64,000 nt of DNA from Trueperaceae bacterium (GTDB lineage: Bacteria; Deinococcota; Deinococci; Deinococcales; Trueperaceae). The stretch is taken from positions 2,528,001-2,592,000 of the forward strand of contig OZ243927.1 of the NCBI GenBank assembly GCA_965213925.1, written 5' to 3'. How positions within the stretch are numbered: position 1 is the first letter of the stretch; each line of letters opens with the position of its first letter. The translations under genes were made by a program, and so were the position numbers. Below are positions 1 through 9,116 of this stretch, one piece after another. The notes beneath the pieces are model-generated. The model worked only from the letters and a program-made list of their open reading frames with translations, was not told the DNA's origin and did no database searches.

Positions 1-61
1 GCAGCGTGACTCGGTACCGACGCAAGACAGGGCGTCCGCAAGCGATTAGAAGCGAGAGAAA

Positions 62-147
62 AGGATTGAGGTGAAAGAGGAAAGTTTCTGCTCTCTTTTC
101 TCTCAGTCCTTTCGCTTCGCGAAAACTACGTAATTCACCTCAGTCCT
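62..147. repeat. Palindromic intergenic element (14-bp terminal arms) carrying a 15-bp module shared with the repeat at ~32.6 kb
   Basis: AGGATTGAGGTGAA (62-75) matches the reverse complement of TTCACCTCAGTCCT (134-147) at 13/14; GCGAAAACTACGTAA at 119-133 recurs exactly at 32638-32652. Confidence 0.55.
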
Positions 148-209
148 CGAGCCCTACTCTGTCCACCCTCTCACCTTCACGCAGCTTACATCTATGTTAT
201 GGTCCCCTC

Positions 210-629
210 ATGGCAACTGAACGTACCTACGCAATGGTTAAGCCGGACGGCGTCAAGCGCGGTCTGGTCGGGGAAGTGGTGAAGCGGCTCGAGCAAAAAG
301 GCTTCTCTATCATTGGCATGAAGCTCATGCAAATCAGCCAAGAAACCGCTCAGACACACTACGGCGAACATGAAGGTAAGCCTTTCTTTGAGGACCTAGT
401 CTCGTTCATCACCAGCGGTCCCGTCGTGGCGATGGTCGTCGAGGGCGAAAACGCGATCGGTGAATGGCGCAAGATGATGGGCGCGACGAACCCCAAAGAC
501 GCCGAACTCGGCACGATTCGCGGCGACTACGCGACGACGATTGACGAGAACGTCGTGCACGGCTCAGACGCACCCGCGACGGCAGAGCGTGAAATCGGAA
601 TTTTCTTTGAAGAGGGTGAACTGCTTTAA
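210..629 (+). CDS. ndk: Nucleoside diphosphate kinase
   Basis: [18 protein letters not shown] and NVVHGSD (catalytic His) motifs; TATGGT -10-like box 6 nt before the ATG (leaderless). Confidence 0.97.
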   Translation: MATERTYAMVKPDGVKRGLVGEVVKRLEQKGFSIIGMKLMQISQETAQTHYGEHEGKPFFEDLVSFITSGPVVAMVVEGENAIGEWRKMMGATNPKDAELGTIRGDYATTIDENVVHGSDAPATAEREIGIFFEEGELL

Positions 630-658
630 GTCGTTTGCTCGAGGCTGCCGAGATACGT

Positions 659-696
659 AACAAGGGGTTGCAAACAAGGGGTTGCAACCCCTTGTT
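659..696. repeat. REP-like 24-bp perfect palindrome AACAAGGGGTTGCAACCCCTTGTT preceded by a duplicated half copy
   Basis: Full palindrome at 673-696, half copy at 659-672; identical copy at 55936-55959, variant at 13200-13223. Confidence 0.75.
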
Positions 697-804
697 TTAG
701 GAACGTTCCCCATCTGACCTCTTGAAAGGCTAGGTGGGGTTCCTTTTTTGTCGCCTAGATTGTGTAGGATAAGATCAATACGGCATATATGAAAGAGGTG
801 ACTT

Positions 805-1968
805 ATGCCCCAGCTATCCGAACGTATCCAAAAACTCAAAGCGTCCTCAACGGTTGCCTTTAACACCAAAGCCAAAGAGATGAAACGCGGGGGCACGGAC
901 GTCATCGCGATGACAGCGGGCGAGCCCGACTTTCAGCCGCCCGAGCACGTCTTCGCAGCGGCGCATGAGGCGATTGACAAGGGTCTTACCAAGTACACCC
1001 CTGCCGAGGGTATGGCGGAACTGCGCGAGGCGGTCTGCGCGAAGTTCGAGCGCGAGAATGGGCTTTCGTATACCCCTGACCAGATTCTCGTGAGCACAGG
1101 CGGCAAGCAGGTTCTCTACAACGCATTCATGGCGATTTTGAACCCCGGCGACGAGGTCATCGTGCCTGCGCCTTACTGGGTCTCGTACCCTGCACAGGTA
1201 CAGCTTGCAGGTGGCGTCACCGTGCCGATTATGACGCGCCCGGAAGACGGTTTTGTGCCGAGTGTGGACGACGTACGCGGTGCGATTACGGATAAAACCA
1301 AAGTCATCCTCATCAACTCGCCCTCGAACCCGACGGGCGCGGTCTATCCGCCAGAAGTCGTCAAAGGGATTGTCGAATTGGCGGTGGAGCGCGACATCTG
1401 GATTTTTGCCGATGACTTGTACGAGCACCTCATCTACGAGGGCGAATTCACCTCTTGCGCCAAACTCGCTCAGGACAAGACGCTCGTGATTCACGGCGCG
1501 AGCAAGTCGTATGCGCTGACGGGCTGGCGCATCGGCTACGGGGCGGGACCCAAAGACCTCATCAAAGCGATGAACCGCCTTCAAGGTCAGGTGACGAGCG
1601 GCGCGAACGCGGCGGCGCAGTACGCGGTGATTGCAGCGCTGAATGAGGTGGAGAAGACGCGCGAATTTATCGACATGACCAAAGAGGCGTATATCGAGCG
1701 CCGCGACGTGCTGGTGGAAGGGCTCAACAGCTTAGGGTTAAAAACGCCCAAGCCTCAGGGTGCGTTTTACGTGATGGCAGACCTCACGCCTATTCACGAG
1801 GACGAGACCGAGGCGGCGATGACACTGCTCGAGCAAGCCCACGTCGGCGTCGTGCCGGGGACAGACTTTTTAGCGCCCGGTCAGGCGCGGTTTTCGTATG
1901 CGACGAGTTTGGAGAATATCGAGCGTGCCTTGGAGCGGATTGAGAAGTTGCTGCGGGTGCAAGCGTAA
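805..1968 (+). CDS. aspC: Class I/II PLP-dependent aminotransferase (aspartate aminotransferase-like)
   Basis: GEPDF, NSPSNPTG, D(D)LY and SKSYALTGWRIG (PLP lysine) motifs. Confidence 0.9.
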   Translation: MPQLSERIQKLKASSTVAFNTKAKEMKRGGTDVIAMTAGEPDFQPPEHVFAAAHEAIDKGLTKYTPAEGMAELREAVCAKFERENGLSYTPDQILVSTGGKQVLYNAFMAILNPGDEVIVPAPYWVSYPAQVQLAGGVTVPIMTRPEDGFVPSVDDVRGAITDKTKVILINSPSNPTGAVYPPEVVKGIVELAVERDIWIFADDLYEHLIYEGEFTSCAKLAQDKTLVIHGASKSYALTGWRIGYGAGPKDLIKAMNRLQGQVTSGANAAAQYAVIAALNEVEKTREFIDMTKEAYIERRDVLVEGLNSLGLKTPKPQGAFYVMADLTPIHEDETEAAMTLLEQAHVGVVPGTDFLAPGQARFSYATSLENIERALERIEKLLRVQA

Positions 1969-1985
1969 AGTTTGTCTCTTAACGC

Positions 1986-2490
1986 ATGACGAATCTTCAA
2001 GAGGTATGCGAGAAGCTTCTCGGTAATGCTGATTTGACACTTTCTGTGGAAAACTTGGAGGGTGTCATTAAGCTCGAGTTTCGTCCAGTTGGTTTTGAAA
2101 AGGTCATCACTTTTTTCTGTGAACGATTCACAAGGTTGAACCTCAGAAAGTACGCGGATATAGCAAGTATCATTTGGTTTGAGACGCTCTCACGATGTAG
2201 AACACCGTGCAGCACGCACATTTGAGAATGATATTTGCGCTATTCCAATCAGTACTTATGTTAATTGCTATAGTACAAGTGCTATCTTCGTGGGAAGAAC
2301 AGATTTGACTATCAAGGAAAACGAGCAGAGCGTTGCTGCTTTACGCATTGAGGACGGTTGGCTGGGCTTCAATCGCGAGCTGCTCAATCCGGTTGTTCAT
2401 CTCGAAACCGAAGGTGACGCAATGCTGAGTATTATCTGCGAAAGTTTCTCTTGGCAAGTGGGTAAAGATGAAGTACAGAAAGTGCTTTAA
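1986..2490 (+). pseudogene. Low-GC hypothetical protein (~130 aa) split by a MITE insertion
   Basis: Deleting 2161-2272 (element plus one TA) joins ORF 1986.. and ORF ..2490 in frame: ...LRKYAD-S-TSAIFVGR... Confidence 0.8.
2161..2270 (+). mobile_element. TA-targeting MITE, copy 1 (110 bp)
   Basis: TA|TAGC...GCTA|TA ends; aligns along its length with 5599-5709 (reverse) and 38595-38728. Confidence 0.85.
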
Positions 2491-2519
2491 CGCTCAAGGC
2501 GTAGAGAGGACATTGTGAA

Positions 2520-2825
2520 ATGAAGCGAGACATTCCACCTATCCATCCCGGCGAGGTGCTTAAAGAGGACTTTTTGGACCCTTTAGGGATAACCCAATAT
2601 CAACTCGCCAAAGCGACCAACATGCCCCAAGACCGCGTGAGTCATATCGTTAGAGGTAATCGCGCAGTTGCGGCGGACACGGCGCTGCGTTTAGGGCGCT
2701 TTTTCGGCGTTGAGCCGCAATTCTGGCTCAATTTGCAAAGTCGTTACGATTTAGAAACGGCGGAGGATGGGTTGGCGGGGAGCCTCGAGCAAGAGGTTAC
2801 GCCCTTCGAAAATCTAACGAGATGA
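2520..2825 (+). CDS. higA: HigA/VapI-family addiction module antitoxin (XRE HTH)
   Basis: PPIHPGEVLKEDFL...TALRLGRFFG...FWLNLQSRYDL signature. Confidence 0.92.
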   Translation: MKRDIPPIHPGEVLKEDFLDPLGITQYQLAKATNMPQDRVSHIVRGNRAVAADTALRLGRFFGVEPQFWLNLQSRYDLETAEDGLAGSLEQEVTPFENLTR

Positions 2826-3436
2826 TTGATCCCACCACCTTCGGCATCTTCTTCGCCGCCGCTTTGACCCTCGCCGTCATCCCCGGACCCGGAATGCTCT
2901 ACGTCCTAGCGCGAACGGTGCGCGGTGGCAAGCGTGAGGGCGTCCTTTCGACGCTCGGCACAGGGGTTGCGGGGCTGCTCCACACCCTCGCGGCGGCGTT
3001 AGGCGTCTCGGCGGTTCTGGCAACGTCGGCGGTGGCGTTTGCCGTCATCAAATGGCTGGGCGCGGCGTACCTCATCTATCTCGGGGTGAGGATAGTGCTC
3101 GAGAAAGACATCCCTAAAGTAGACACCGAGAGTTTGACCTCTTCAAAAGGTGCGTTCACTCAGGGCGTCGTTACCGAAACTCTCAACCCGAAAACAGCCC
3201 TCTTCTTCCTCGCCTTTATTCCGCAGTTCGTCAACCCCGAGGGGGTCGTGTTCTTACAGTTCGTGACGCTTGGTTTTATCACGACGCTGCTGACGAGCGG
3301 GGCGGACCTCATTGTCGTGTTTGCAGCGGGGTCGCTGAGCGGGGTGCTCAAGAATCGGCGTGGTCGGAAGGTGCAGCGTGTGGCGTCGGGGGGTGCGCTG
3401 ATTGGGCTAGGGGTGTATGTGGCGGTGGAGCGGTAG
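2822..3436 (+). CDS. LysE/RhtB family translocator
   Basis: PGPG motif near the N-terminus, GAAYLIYLG and LNPK motifs, ~6 hydrophobic segments. Confidence 0.92.
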   Translation: MIDPTTFGIFFAAALTLAVIPGPGMLYVLARTVRGGKREGVLSTLGTGVAGLLHTLAAALGVSAVLATSAVAFAVIKWLGAAYLIYLGVRIVLEKDIPKVDTESLTSSKGAFTQGVVTETLNPKTALFFLAFIPQFVNPEGVVFLQFVTLGFITTLLTSGADLIVVFAAGSLSGVLKNRRGRKVQRVASGGALIGLGVYVAVER

Positions 3437-3504
3437 AGTCATTTTTAGAACATCAGCGAGCACTTGCTCTTATCCGCCTTCGCCCTGCTCTGCATCTCAG
3501 CACC

Positions 3505-3533
3505 TTGACACCGCCGCGTTGTGGCGATACGTT
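3505..3533 (+). promoter_or_regulatory. Sigma70-type promoter of thiB
   Basis: TTGACA-17 nt-TACGTT immediately upstream of the TPP riboswitch. Confidence 0.7.
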
Positions 3534-3540
3534 AGAGAGG

Positions 3541-3640
3541 TCACCAGGGGTGTTTGGCTCGAGGCGTACGTAAAGTCCGAGCCAGGCTGAGAATAGACCC
3601 TACGAACCTGACCTGGCTAAGACCAGCGGAGGAAGTGTGA
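3541..3640 (+). ncRNA. TPP riboswitch (THI element)
   Basis: AGGGGTG...GGCTGAGA...ACCC..GAACCTGA..CTGG.TAA.ACCAGCG.AGGAA core, upstream of a thiamine-binding protein gene. Confidence 0.92.
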
Positions 3641-3679
3641 CGGCGCACCGAATCTAGCTATAGCTAAACGTGTAGCCGC

Positions 3680-3708
3680 TTCCTTTCTGGTGACGGAAAG
3701 GATTTTTT
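3680..3708 (+). terminator. Probable riboswitch expression-platform terminator
   Basis: TCCTTTC-loop-GAAAGGA followed by a T-run, between the aptamer and thiB. Confidence 0.55.
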
Positions 3709-4794
3709 ATGGATAGGCTTAGAGCAGGACCGAAGATAGAAGGTGGAACGAAGAAAATAGGTTTCATCTTTTTTCTGTTTGTTCTCTTTCTTTCTTCAGC
3801 TTTCGCCCAAACCCTCACCGTTTTAACGCATAACTCGTTCACCTTGTCTGAAGAGGTCATCGCCGCGTTTACCGAAGAGACGGGTATTGAGGTCGAGTTC
3901 ATCCAAGGTGGTGACGCGGGCGAGACGGTCAACCGCGCCATTCTAACCAAGAACAATCCGCTCGCTGACGTGCTTTACGGGGTGGACAACAACCTGATCG
4001 CGAGAGCGGCGGGCGAGGGTATCTTTGAGCCTTACCGGAGCCCAGCGCTGGAGGGCGTGCCGGACGAGTATCTCTTTGCCGATGACCTCGTCACGCCGAT
4101 TGACGTGGGCTACGTCAACTTCAACTACGATAAGTCGTACTTTGCTGAAAACGAGGTGGCGGTGCCGGAGACCTTGGAGCAACTCACCGAAGAGGCGTAC
4201 CGCGGGCTCACCGTGGTGCAAAACCCCGCGAGTAGCTCGCCCGGTCTCGCCTTTATGCTCACGACGATTGCCAAGTTCGGGGACGGGTGGCTGGACTATT
4301 GGGCTGACTTGCGCGACAACGACGTGCAAGTGACCGACGGTTGGGAGGATGCGTACTACACGAGCTTCACCCAGTACGGCGGCGACAGACCTATCGTCCT
4401 CTCCTACGCCACCTCGCCCGCTGCCGAGGTCGTCTTCGCCGAAGAGGACCTCAGTGACGCGCCAACCGGCAACCTCTTCTGCGAAGCGTGCGTGTACCGT
4501 CAGATTGAGGCGGCGGGTATTTTAGCGGGAACGGATAACGTGGAGGCGGCGCAGAGGTTCATCGACTTCATGCTCTCTGAGCGCGTGCAGGAGGACATTC
4601 CCTTGAACATGTACGTCTATCCCGTGATCGACAACGCCACCTTGCCCGATGTCTTCGAGCAGTACGCGCAGACGCCCGGCGCTGAGCAGATTGCGGCGCT
4701 ACCCTCCGCAGAGATAGAGGCGAACCTCTCGGAGTGGTTGGACGCTTGGACCCAGGTGGTGCAGCAGGGACGGGAGCCAGAAGAGGTGCGCTGA
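3709..4794 (+). CDS. thiB: Thiamine ABC transporter substrate-binding protein (start uncertain)
   Basis: THNSF, GDAG, NPLADVLYGVDN, SSPGLAF and SYATSP motifs; signal peptide; TPP riboswitch upstream. Confidence 0.92.
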   Translation: MDRLRAGPKIEGGTKKIGFIFFLFVLFLSSAFAQTLTVLTHNSFTLSEEVIAAFTEETGIEVEFIQGGDAGETVNRAILTKNNPLADVLYGVDNNLIARAAGEGIFEPYRSPALEGVPDEYLFADDLVTPIDVGYVNFNYDKSYFAENEVAVPETLEQLTEEAYRGLTVVQNPASSSPGLAFMLTTIAKFGDGWLDYWADLRDNDVQVTDGWEDAYYTSFTQYGGDRPIVLSYATSPAAEVVFAEEDLSDAPTGNLFCEACVYRQIEAAGILAGTDNVEAAQRFIDFMLSERVQEDIPLNMYVYPVIDNATLPDVFEQYAQTPGAEQIAALPSAEIEANLSEWLDAWTQVVQQGREPEEVR

Positions 4795-4987
4795 GAGGCA
4801 CTGTTCAAGCTCCTCGCCCGCCGCGTTGCCACAATAAGGTGAGACAAACTGCGTCCTAATCCCTCTTTATGCCCCCTCACGGTTTCGTATACTGGACGGA
4901 CCTTTGGGGAAAGGTCATAGGGGGTAAAGGATGAATATAGTACGTAGAAAGGTGAGGTTGCTCAAGCGCAACCTCACGCACTAGCAG

Positions 4988-5548
4988 ATGGAAGCCAGCC
5001 AAAACCAAAGAGCCTCGCGCCGCGAGAAGTTCGAGCGCGTCGAGAAGAAGTTTCGCTCGGTAGGCAACCGCTGGGCGCTTATCGGCGGCCTCTTGACGGT
5101 AGGCATCTCCCTGGCGATACGTTTCTTCGTCGGTCATATTTACGGTAGCGCGGAGGCGGTCAATCTCATTCAAGCGCTCGCAGATTCGTCGCTCTACTTA
5201 GGCGCAGCCATCGCCACCTCGTCCGCCACGATCCTCGCGCTTATGCTCACCATTCTCGGGCTCGCGAGAGACGCCACGAACGATTTCGGCATGAAGCTCT
5301 ACCACCGCATCGACGTGATCGGGCTTTTAAGCGCCATCTCGCTCTGCGGCGCGATTCTACTCTTGCTTCTGCTCAGCTTGCCCGTCGGTCAGTTCGATAA
5401 CCTGGCGTCCTGGTGGTTTACCGGGCTCTATTACGCTCTAGTCGTACTTATCGCGGGCTTGTCGGGGCTCCTCATCAGCACGATTCTGATGCTCTTTAGC
5501 ACCATCCGCAGCATTATCGCGACGCTGACGCCGACCGATGAGGTGTAG
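4988..5548 (+). CDS. Hypothetical membrane protein (~4 TM)
   Basis: 186-aa ORF with four hydrophobic segments. Confidence 0.75.
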   Translation: MEASQNQRASRREKFERVEKKFRSVGNRWALIGGLLTVGISLAIRFFVGHIYGSAEAVNLIQALADSSLYLGAAIATSSATILALMLTILGLARDATNDFGMKLYHRIDVIGLLSAISLCGAILLLLLLSLPVGQFDNLASWWFTGLYYALVVLIAGLSGLLISTILMLFSTIRSIIATLTPTDEV

Positions 5549-5598
5549 GTAGTAGCGCACGAAGGCCTTCGCGAGTTAAAGTTGCGAAGACCCTTGTA

Positions 5599-5709
5599 TA
5601 GCGGTTATCGGAAGTATTGGAGCGAAATGGCGCAGGTATCATCACTTGAAGTGCATGCTACACGATGTTCTATAACGTGAGGTTGGTTCAAACCAGATGA
5701 TACCTGCTA
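5599..5709 (-). mobile_element. TA-targeting MITE, copy 2 (111 bp, inverted)
   Basis: TA at 5597-98 and 5710-11; the reverse complement starts TAGCAGGTATCATCTGGTTTGA and ends GATAACCGCTA, like copy 3. Confidence 0.85.
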
Positions 5710-5737
5710 TATCGGACCTCATGCTAAAGCGGTAAAG

Positions 5738-6550
5738 TTGGGCATGACAAACTCAGACTCGAGTGTCGTCCTCATCACCGGAGCTTCAGCGGGCATCGGG
5801 CGCGTCACGGCGGAGAAACTCGCTTTACGGGGCTACCGCGTATTCGGGACGAGTCGCAAACCGGAGGGGCGAGTCGCGGGCGCAGAGATGCTCGAGCTGG
5901 ATGTGCGCTCCGACGGCTCCGCGAAAGAATGTTTGGATACCCTCCTGAGCCGTGCGGGTCGCTTGGACGTGCTCATCAACAACGCGGGCTACGGGCTCTA
6001 CGGCGCGGCGGAAGAGACCTCTATGGCGGAGGCGAAGGCGCAGTTCGAAACGAACTTCTTCGGCGTGCTGCGCGTGACTAACGCCGCTTTGCCCGCAATG
6101 CGCGAGCGGCGGCGCGGCAAAGTCATTAACATAGGCTCCTTAGCAGGGGTGTTTGGCGTGCCGTGCCACACGCTCTACTCGGCGAGCAAGTTTGCTTTAG
6201 AAGGCTATAGCGAAGGGTTACGCTACGAGCTAGAGGCTTTTGACATCTCCGTATCCTTAGTCGAGCTGAGCTACACCAACACCTCATTTGCCGCCTCGAT
6301 CAACTATCCCGAGCAGACTTTAGGTGCGTATGACCTGATGCGAAAAAAGGTCACAGAGTATTCGCTCAAGGCGCTAGAGCAAGGCGACGAGCCCGAAGGC
6401 GTCGCTAAGGTCATCGTCCGCATCGTCGGCGAGGACAAGCCTAAACTCCGCTACCGGGTGGGCTCACAAACTGCGCTGCTCGCCCTAGCCAAGCGCCTCT
6501 CGCCGCACGCGCTGATCGAATCGGTGATGCGGCGGCGCTATTCGCTCTAA
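5738..6550 (+). CDS. Short-chain dehydrogenase/reductase
   Basis: TGASAGIG, NNAG and YSASK motifs. Confidence 0.93.
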   Translation: MGMTNSDSSVVLITGASAGIGRVTAEKLALRGYRVFGTSRKPEGRVAGAEMLELDVRSDGSAKECLDTLLSRAGRLDVLINNAGYGLYGAAEETSMAEAKAQFETNFFGVLRVTNAALPAMRERRRGKVINIGSLAGVFGVPCHTLYSASKFALEGYSEGLRYELEAFDISVSLVELSYTNTSFAASINYPEQTLGAYDLMRKKVTEYSLKALEQGDEPEGVAKVIVRIVGEDKPKLRYRVGSQTALLALAKRLSPHALIESVMRRRYSL

Positions 6551-6551
6551 G

Positions 6552-8117
6552 GTGACGCGCCTTTCGTTCTTTGCGGGACTCTTTGCCTCTATATTTTTAG
6601 CGCTTTTTCTGCTCTATCCGCTCGGCGTGATTTTGCTGCGGAGCGCCTCGAGCTTCGGTGTTGTCACCGATGTTTTGAGCAACCCTTACTACTTGGGGCG
6701 CTTAGCCTTCACCACTTATCAAGCCCTCCTCTCCACCCTCCTAACCGTCCTCCTCGCCCTGCCGAGCGCCCTGCTCTTCGCCCGCTTCGACTTTCGCGGC
6801 AAGCGTCTCCTCAGGAGCGCCTTCACGGTTCCTTTTGTCATGCCCACCGTTGTCGCAGCGATCGGCTTTTTAACGCTCTTAGGACCGCGCGGTCTGCTGA
6901 GCGTCGATTTGAGGGATACGCTCGCCATCGTTCTGCTCGCGCACGTGTTCTATAACTACGCGGTGGTGGTGCGTATCGTCGGGGCGTACTTGGAGGCGGT
7001 AGGACCGCGCCTGCGCCAAGCGTCTGCCATGCTCGGCGCGTCGCCTCTGCGCACGCTCACGCGCGTGACGCTGCCGCTCGCGTTGCCTGCGATTATCGCC
7101 GCTGCCACGCTCGTCTTCATCTTCTGCTTCACCTCATTTGGTGTCATCCTCATCCTCGCGCCGGAGCCGCAGTTTGGTACCTTAGAGGTCGAGGTTTACC
7201 GCCTCACGGCGCGGCTTTTGCAACTCGAGAGCGCCGCCGTTCTGGTTCTTACGCAACTCCTCGTCATCAGCGTGTTCACCTGGGTCTACACGCGGATGCA
7301 GGCGCGCTTGGCGGTGTCTTTAGGTGGGGGCTCTGTCCTCTCCAAACCCACCGGACCCTGGCGCTGGCTGCTCGCGCTGAACATGTTTATCGCCGCCGCG
7401 CTCATTCTTTCGCCCCTATTAGCGCTGACGTTCAGCGCGTTTTGGACAGAAGACGGGTTGAGTTTGCGGAACTTCGTCGCGCTCACGGAGGCGTCGCGCT
7501 CAGTGGGGTTTGCTGGGGCGGGACCGGCAATCTTCAACTCGCTTCGGTTCGCCTCCCTAAGCATGATCCTCTCCCTCCTCGTCGGCTTCGCGTTTGCCTA
7601 CGCCATCGTCAGAGGAGGCTGGCGCATCTTGGACGCGCTGAGCCTCTTGCCGCTTGCGACGAGCGCCGTGACGCTCGGCTTCGGCTACCTCTTGGCGTTT
7701 CCGGGGCTCAGCTCGAGCCTCTGGGGAATCATCTTAGCCCACACCCTCATCGCGTTTCCCTTCGTCGTTCGGAGCGTGTTGCCTGCGCTACGAGCCTTGC
7801 CGCCCAACCTCTTGCACGCGGCGCGGATGTTGGGCTCGAGCCCTCTAACTATCCTCCGCCGCGTCGAGTTGCCGCTGCTCGTCCCCTCGCTCATCGCCGC
7901 TGCCAGTTTCGCCTTCGCCGTTTCGATGGGCGAGTTCGGCGCGACGCTCGTGTTGCAGCGCCCCGAATTCGCGACGATTCCGGTGGCGATTTTTGACCGC
8001 TTGGGCAGACCCGGCGCGGCGAACTACGGGGCGGCGTTGGCGCTTTCGGTGTTGCTCATGCTGATTACTGGGGCGGTGATGGTGCTGTTGGAGCGGTTTG
8101 GGGAGGGGGAGTTATGA
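6552..8117 (+). CDS. thiP: Thiamine/iron(III)-type ABC transporter permease (ThiP-like)
   Basis: Two BPD permease repeats with EAA-like loops (ASAMLGAS, AARMLGSS), FTSFG and SMGEFGA; near thiB. Confidence 0.85.
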   Translation: MTRLSFFAGLFASIFLALFLLYPLGVILLRSASSFGVVTDVLSNPYYLGRLAFTTYQALLSTLLTVLLALPSALLFARFDFRGKRLLRSAFTVPFVMPTVVAAIGFLTLLGPRGLLSVDLRDTLAIVLLAHVFYNYAVVVRIVGAYLEAVGPRLRQASAMLGASPLRTLTRVTLPLALPAIIAAATLVFIFCFTSFGVILILAPEPQFGTLEVEVYRLTARLLQLESAAVLVLTQLLVISVFTWVYTRMQARLAVSLGGGSVLSKPTGPWRWLLALNMFIAAALILSPLLALTFSAFWTEDGLSLRNFVALTEASRSVGFAGAGPAIFNSLRFASLSMILSLLVGFAFAYAIVRGGWRILDALSLLPLATSAVTLGFGYLLAFPGLSSSLWGIILAHTLIAFPFVVRSVLPALRALPPNLLHAARMLGSSPLTILRRVELPLLVPSLIAAASFAFAVSMGEFGATLVLQRPEFATIPVAIFDRLGRPGAANYGAALALSVLLMLITGAVMVLLERFGEGEL

Positions 8118-8159
8118 GCCATCCGCTAAATATCATGCTTATCGAGTTTCGGCGAGGCA

Positions 8160-9044
8160 TTAGAAATGTTCTACATGCTTCGGAAATTTACAACTGCTAC
8201 GTTTTATAAAACTCACCTCAATTCGGGAAAGGAAGAACCAAAGTCCGAGGACATCTAAATGGCTGAGCTGATAAGCGAGGATGGTGGTATAGATGTGTAC
8301 CATACATCCTTTAGTAGAGCGATAAGGTCTGTCGGAGAAGCCGAGCCTGTCGAGTGAAGAGAAAACGGATTCAACGATGCGGTGACCGCAGTAGAGGTTT
8401 TGTTCACGCCTGGGTGGAGGTAGTTGATTGCTGCGGCGCGGCGTAACAAGGTCCACCGCTTGAGGAGCGATGTCGGCTTTAAGGTCGTGACTGATATAAC
8501 CTTTATCTGCAGTTACGATGGTGTAGGTAAGCCCGCTCAGCAGACGAGGTGCGACTTTAACATCGTGCTCGTTCGCGCCTCTTAGGAGCAGTCTACTCAG
8601 GTCGCCAGCATCGTTTACGCGAGCATGTAAGCGAAAGCCATAAAACGTGGTGTTATGAATGTGGTCATGTCCATATGCTCCAGCTAACTTGCTGCGTCTA
8701 GCCCGCGCAAAGTCCACAACTTCCAGCTTTTTCGAGTCGAGGTGTTGCTTGGTCGCCTGCTGCGCCGCGCAAAGTTGTTTAACCGCGAGGATGATAGGTC
8801 CTAGCAGTAGTCCTTTGCGCTCGCAGAAGGTCGAAGGCGCAGGAACCTCGACACCAAAAGAGGCGGCAACCTCCAGCATTTTCTGAGCGTAGCGGAAGCT
8901 CGCCAATTTCTGATACACCGCTAGCGCAATGATGAAGTCATCCGAGAAAGTAGGCTTGCGTCCCTGAGGAGCTTTCCTTCGCTTTTTTAGACTTAGACCT
9001 TCAACCGCTTGTACAATCTCTTCGAGGGTTGGGATTTTGCTCAC
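8160..9044 (-). CDS. IS982-family DDE transposase
   Basis: LDS, YGFRLH, ANEHD, ADKGY and RIVESVFS (DDE triad) motifs; ORF reads through the TIR into flanking DNA. Confidence 0.88.
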   Translation of the reverse strand: MSKIPTLEEIVQAVEGLSLKKRRKAPQGRKPTFSDDFIIALAVYQKLASFRYAQKMLEVAASFGVEVPAPSTFCERKGLLLGPIILAVKQLCAAQQATKQHLDSKKLEVVDFARARRSKLAGAYGHDHIHNTTFYGFRLHARVNDAGDLSRLLLRGANEHDVKVAPRLLSGLTYTIVTADKGYISHDLKADIAPQAVDLVTPRRSNQLPPPRREQNLYCGHRIVESVFSSLDRLGFSDRPYRSTKGCMVHIYTTILAYQLSHLDVLGLWFFLSRIEVSFIKRSSCKFPKHVEHF

Positions 9045-9097
9045 ATACTATTTCAGCCCTTACCCTCTATCTCGTCAAGTCTTTTCCGAATTGGCGT
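8215..9097 (-). mobile_element. IS982-family insertion sequence (883 bp)
   Basis: TIRs ACCTCAATTCGGGAAAG (8215-8231) and CTTTTCCGAATTGGCGT (9081-9097); 7-bp direct repeat AAAACTC at 8208-8214 and 9098-9104. Confidence 0.88.
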
Positions 9098-9116
9098 AAA
9101 ACTCGATTAGACTTTA

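Noticed and set aside
8114..8209. 31-codon ORF overlapping the thiP stop, as a possible thiQ remnant interrupted by the IS
   Set aside because: Stops before the IS junction and has no ABC ATPase features
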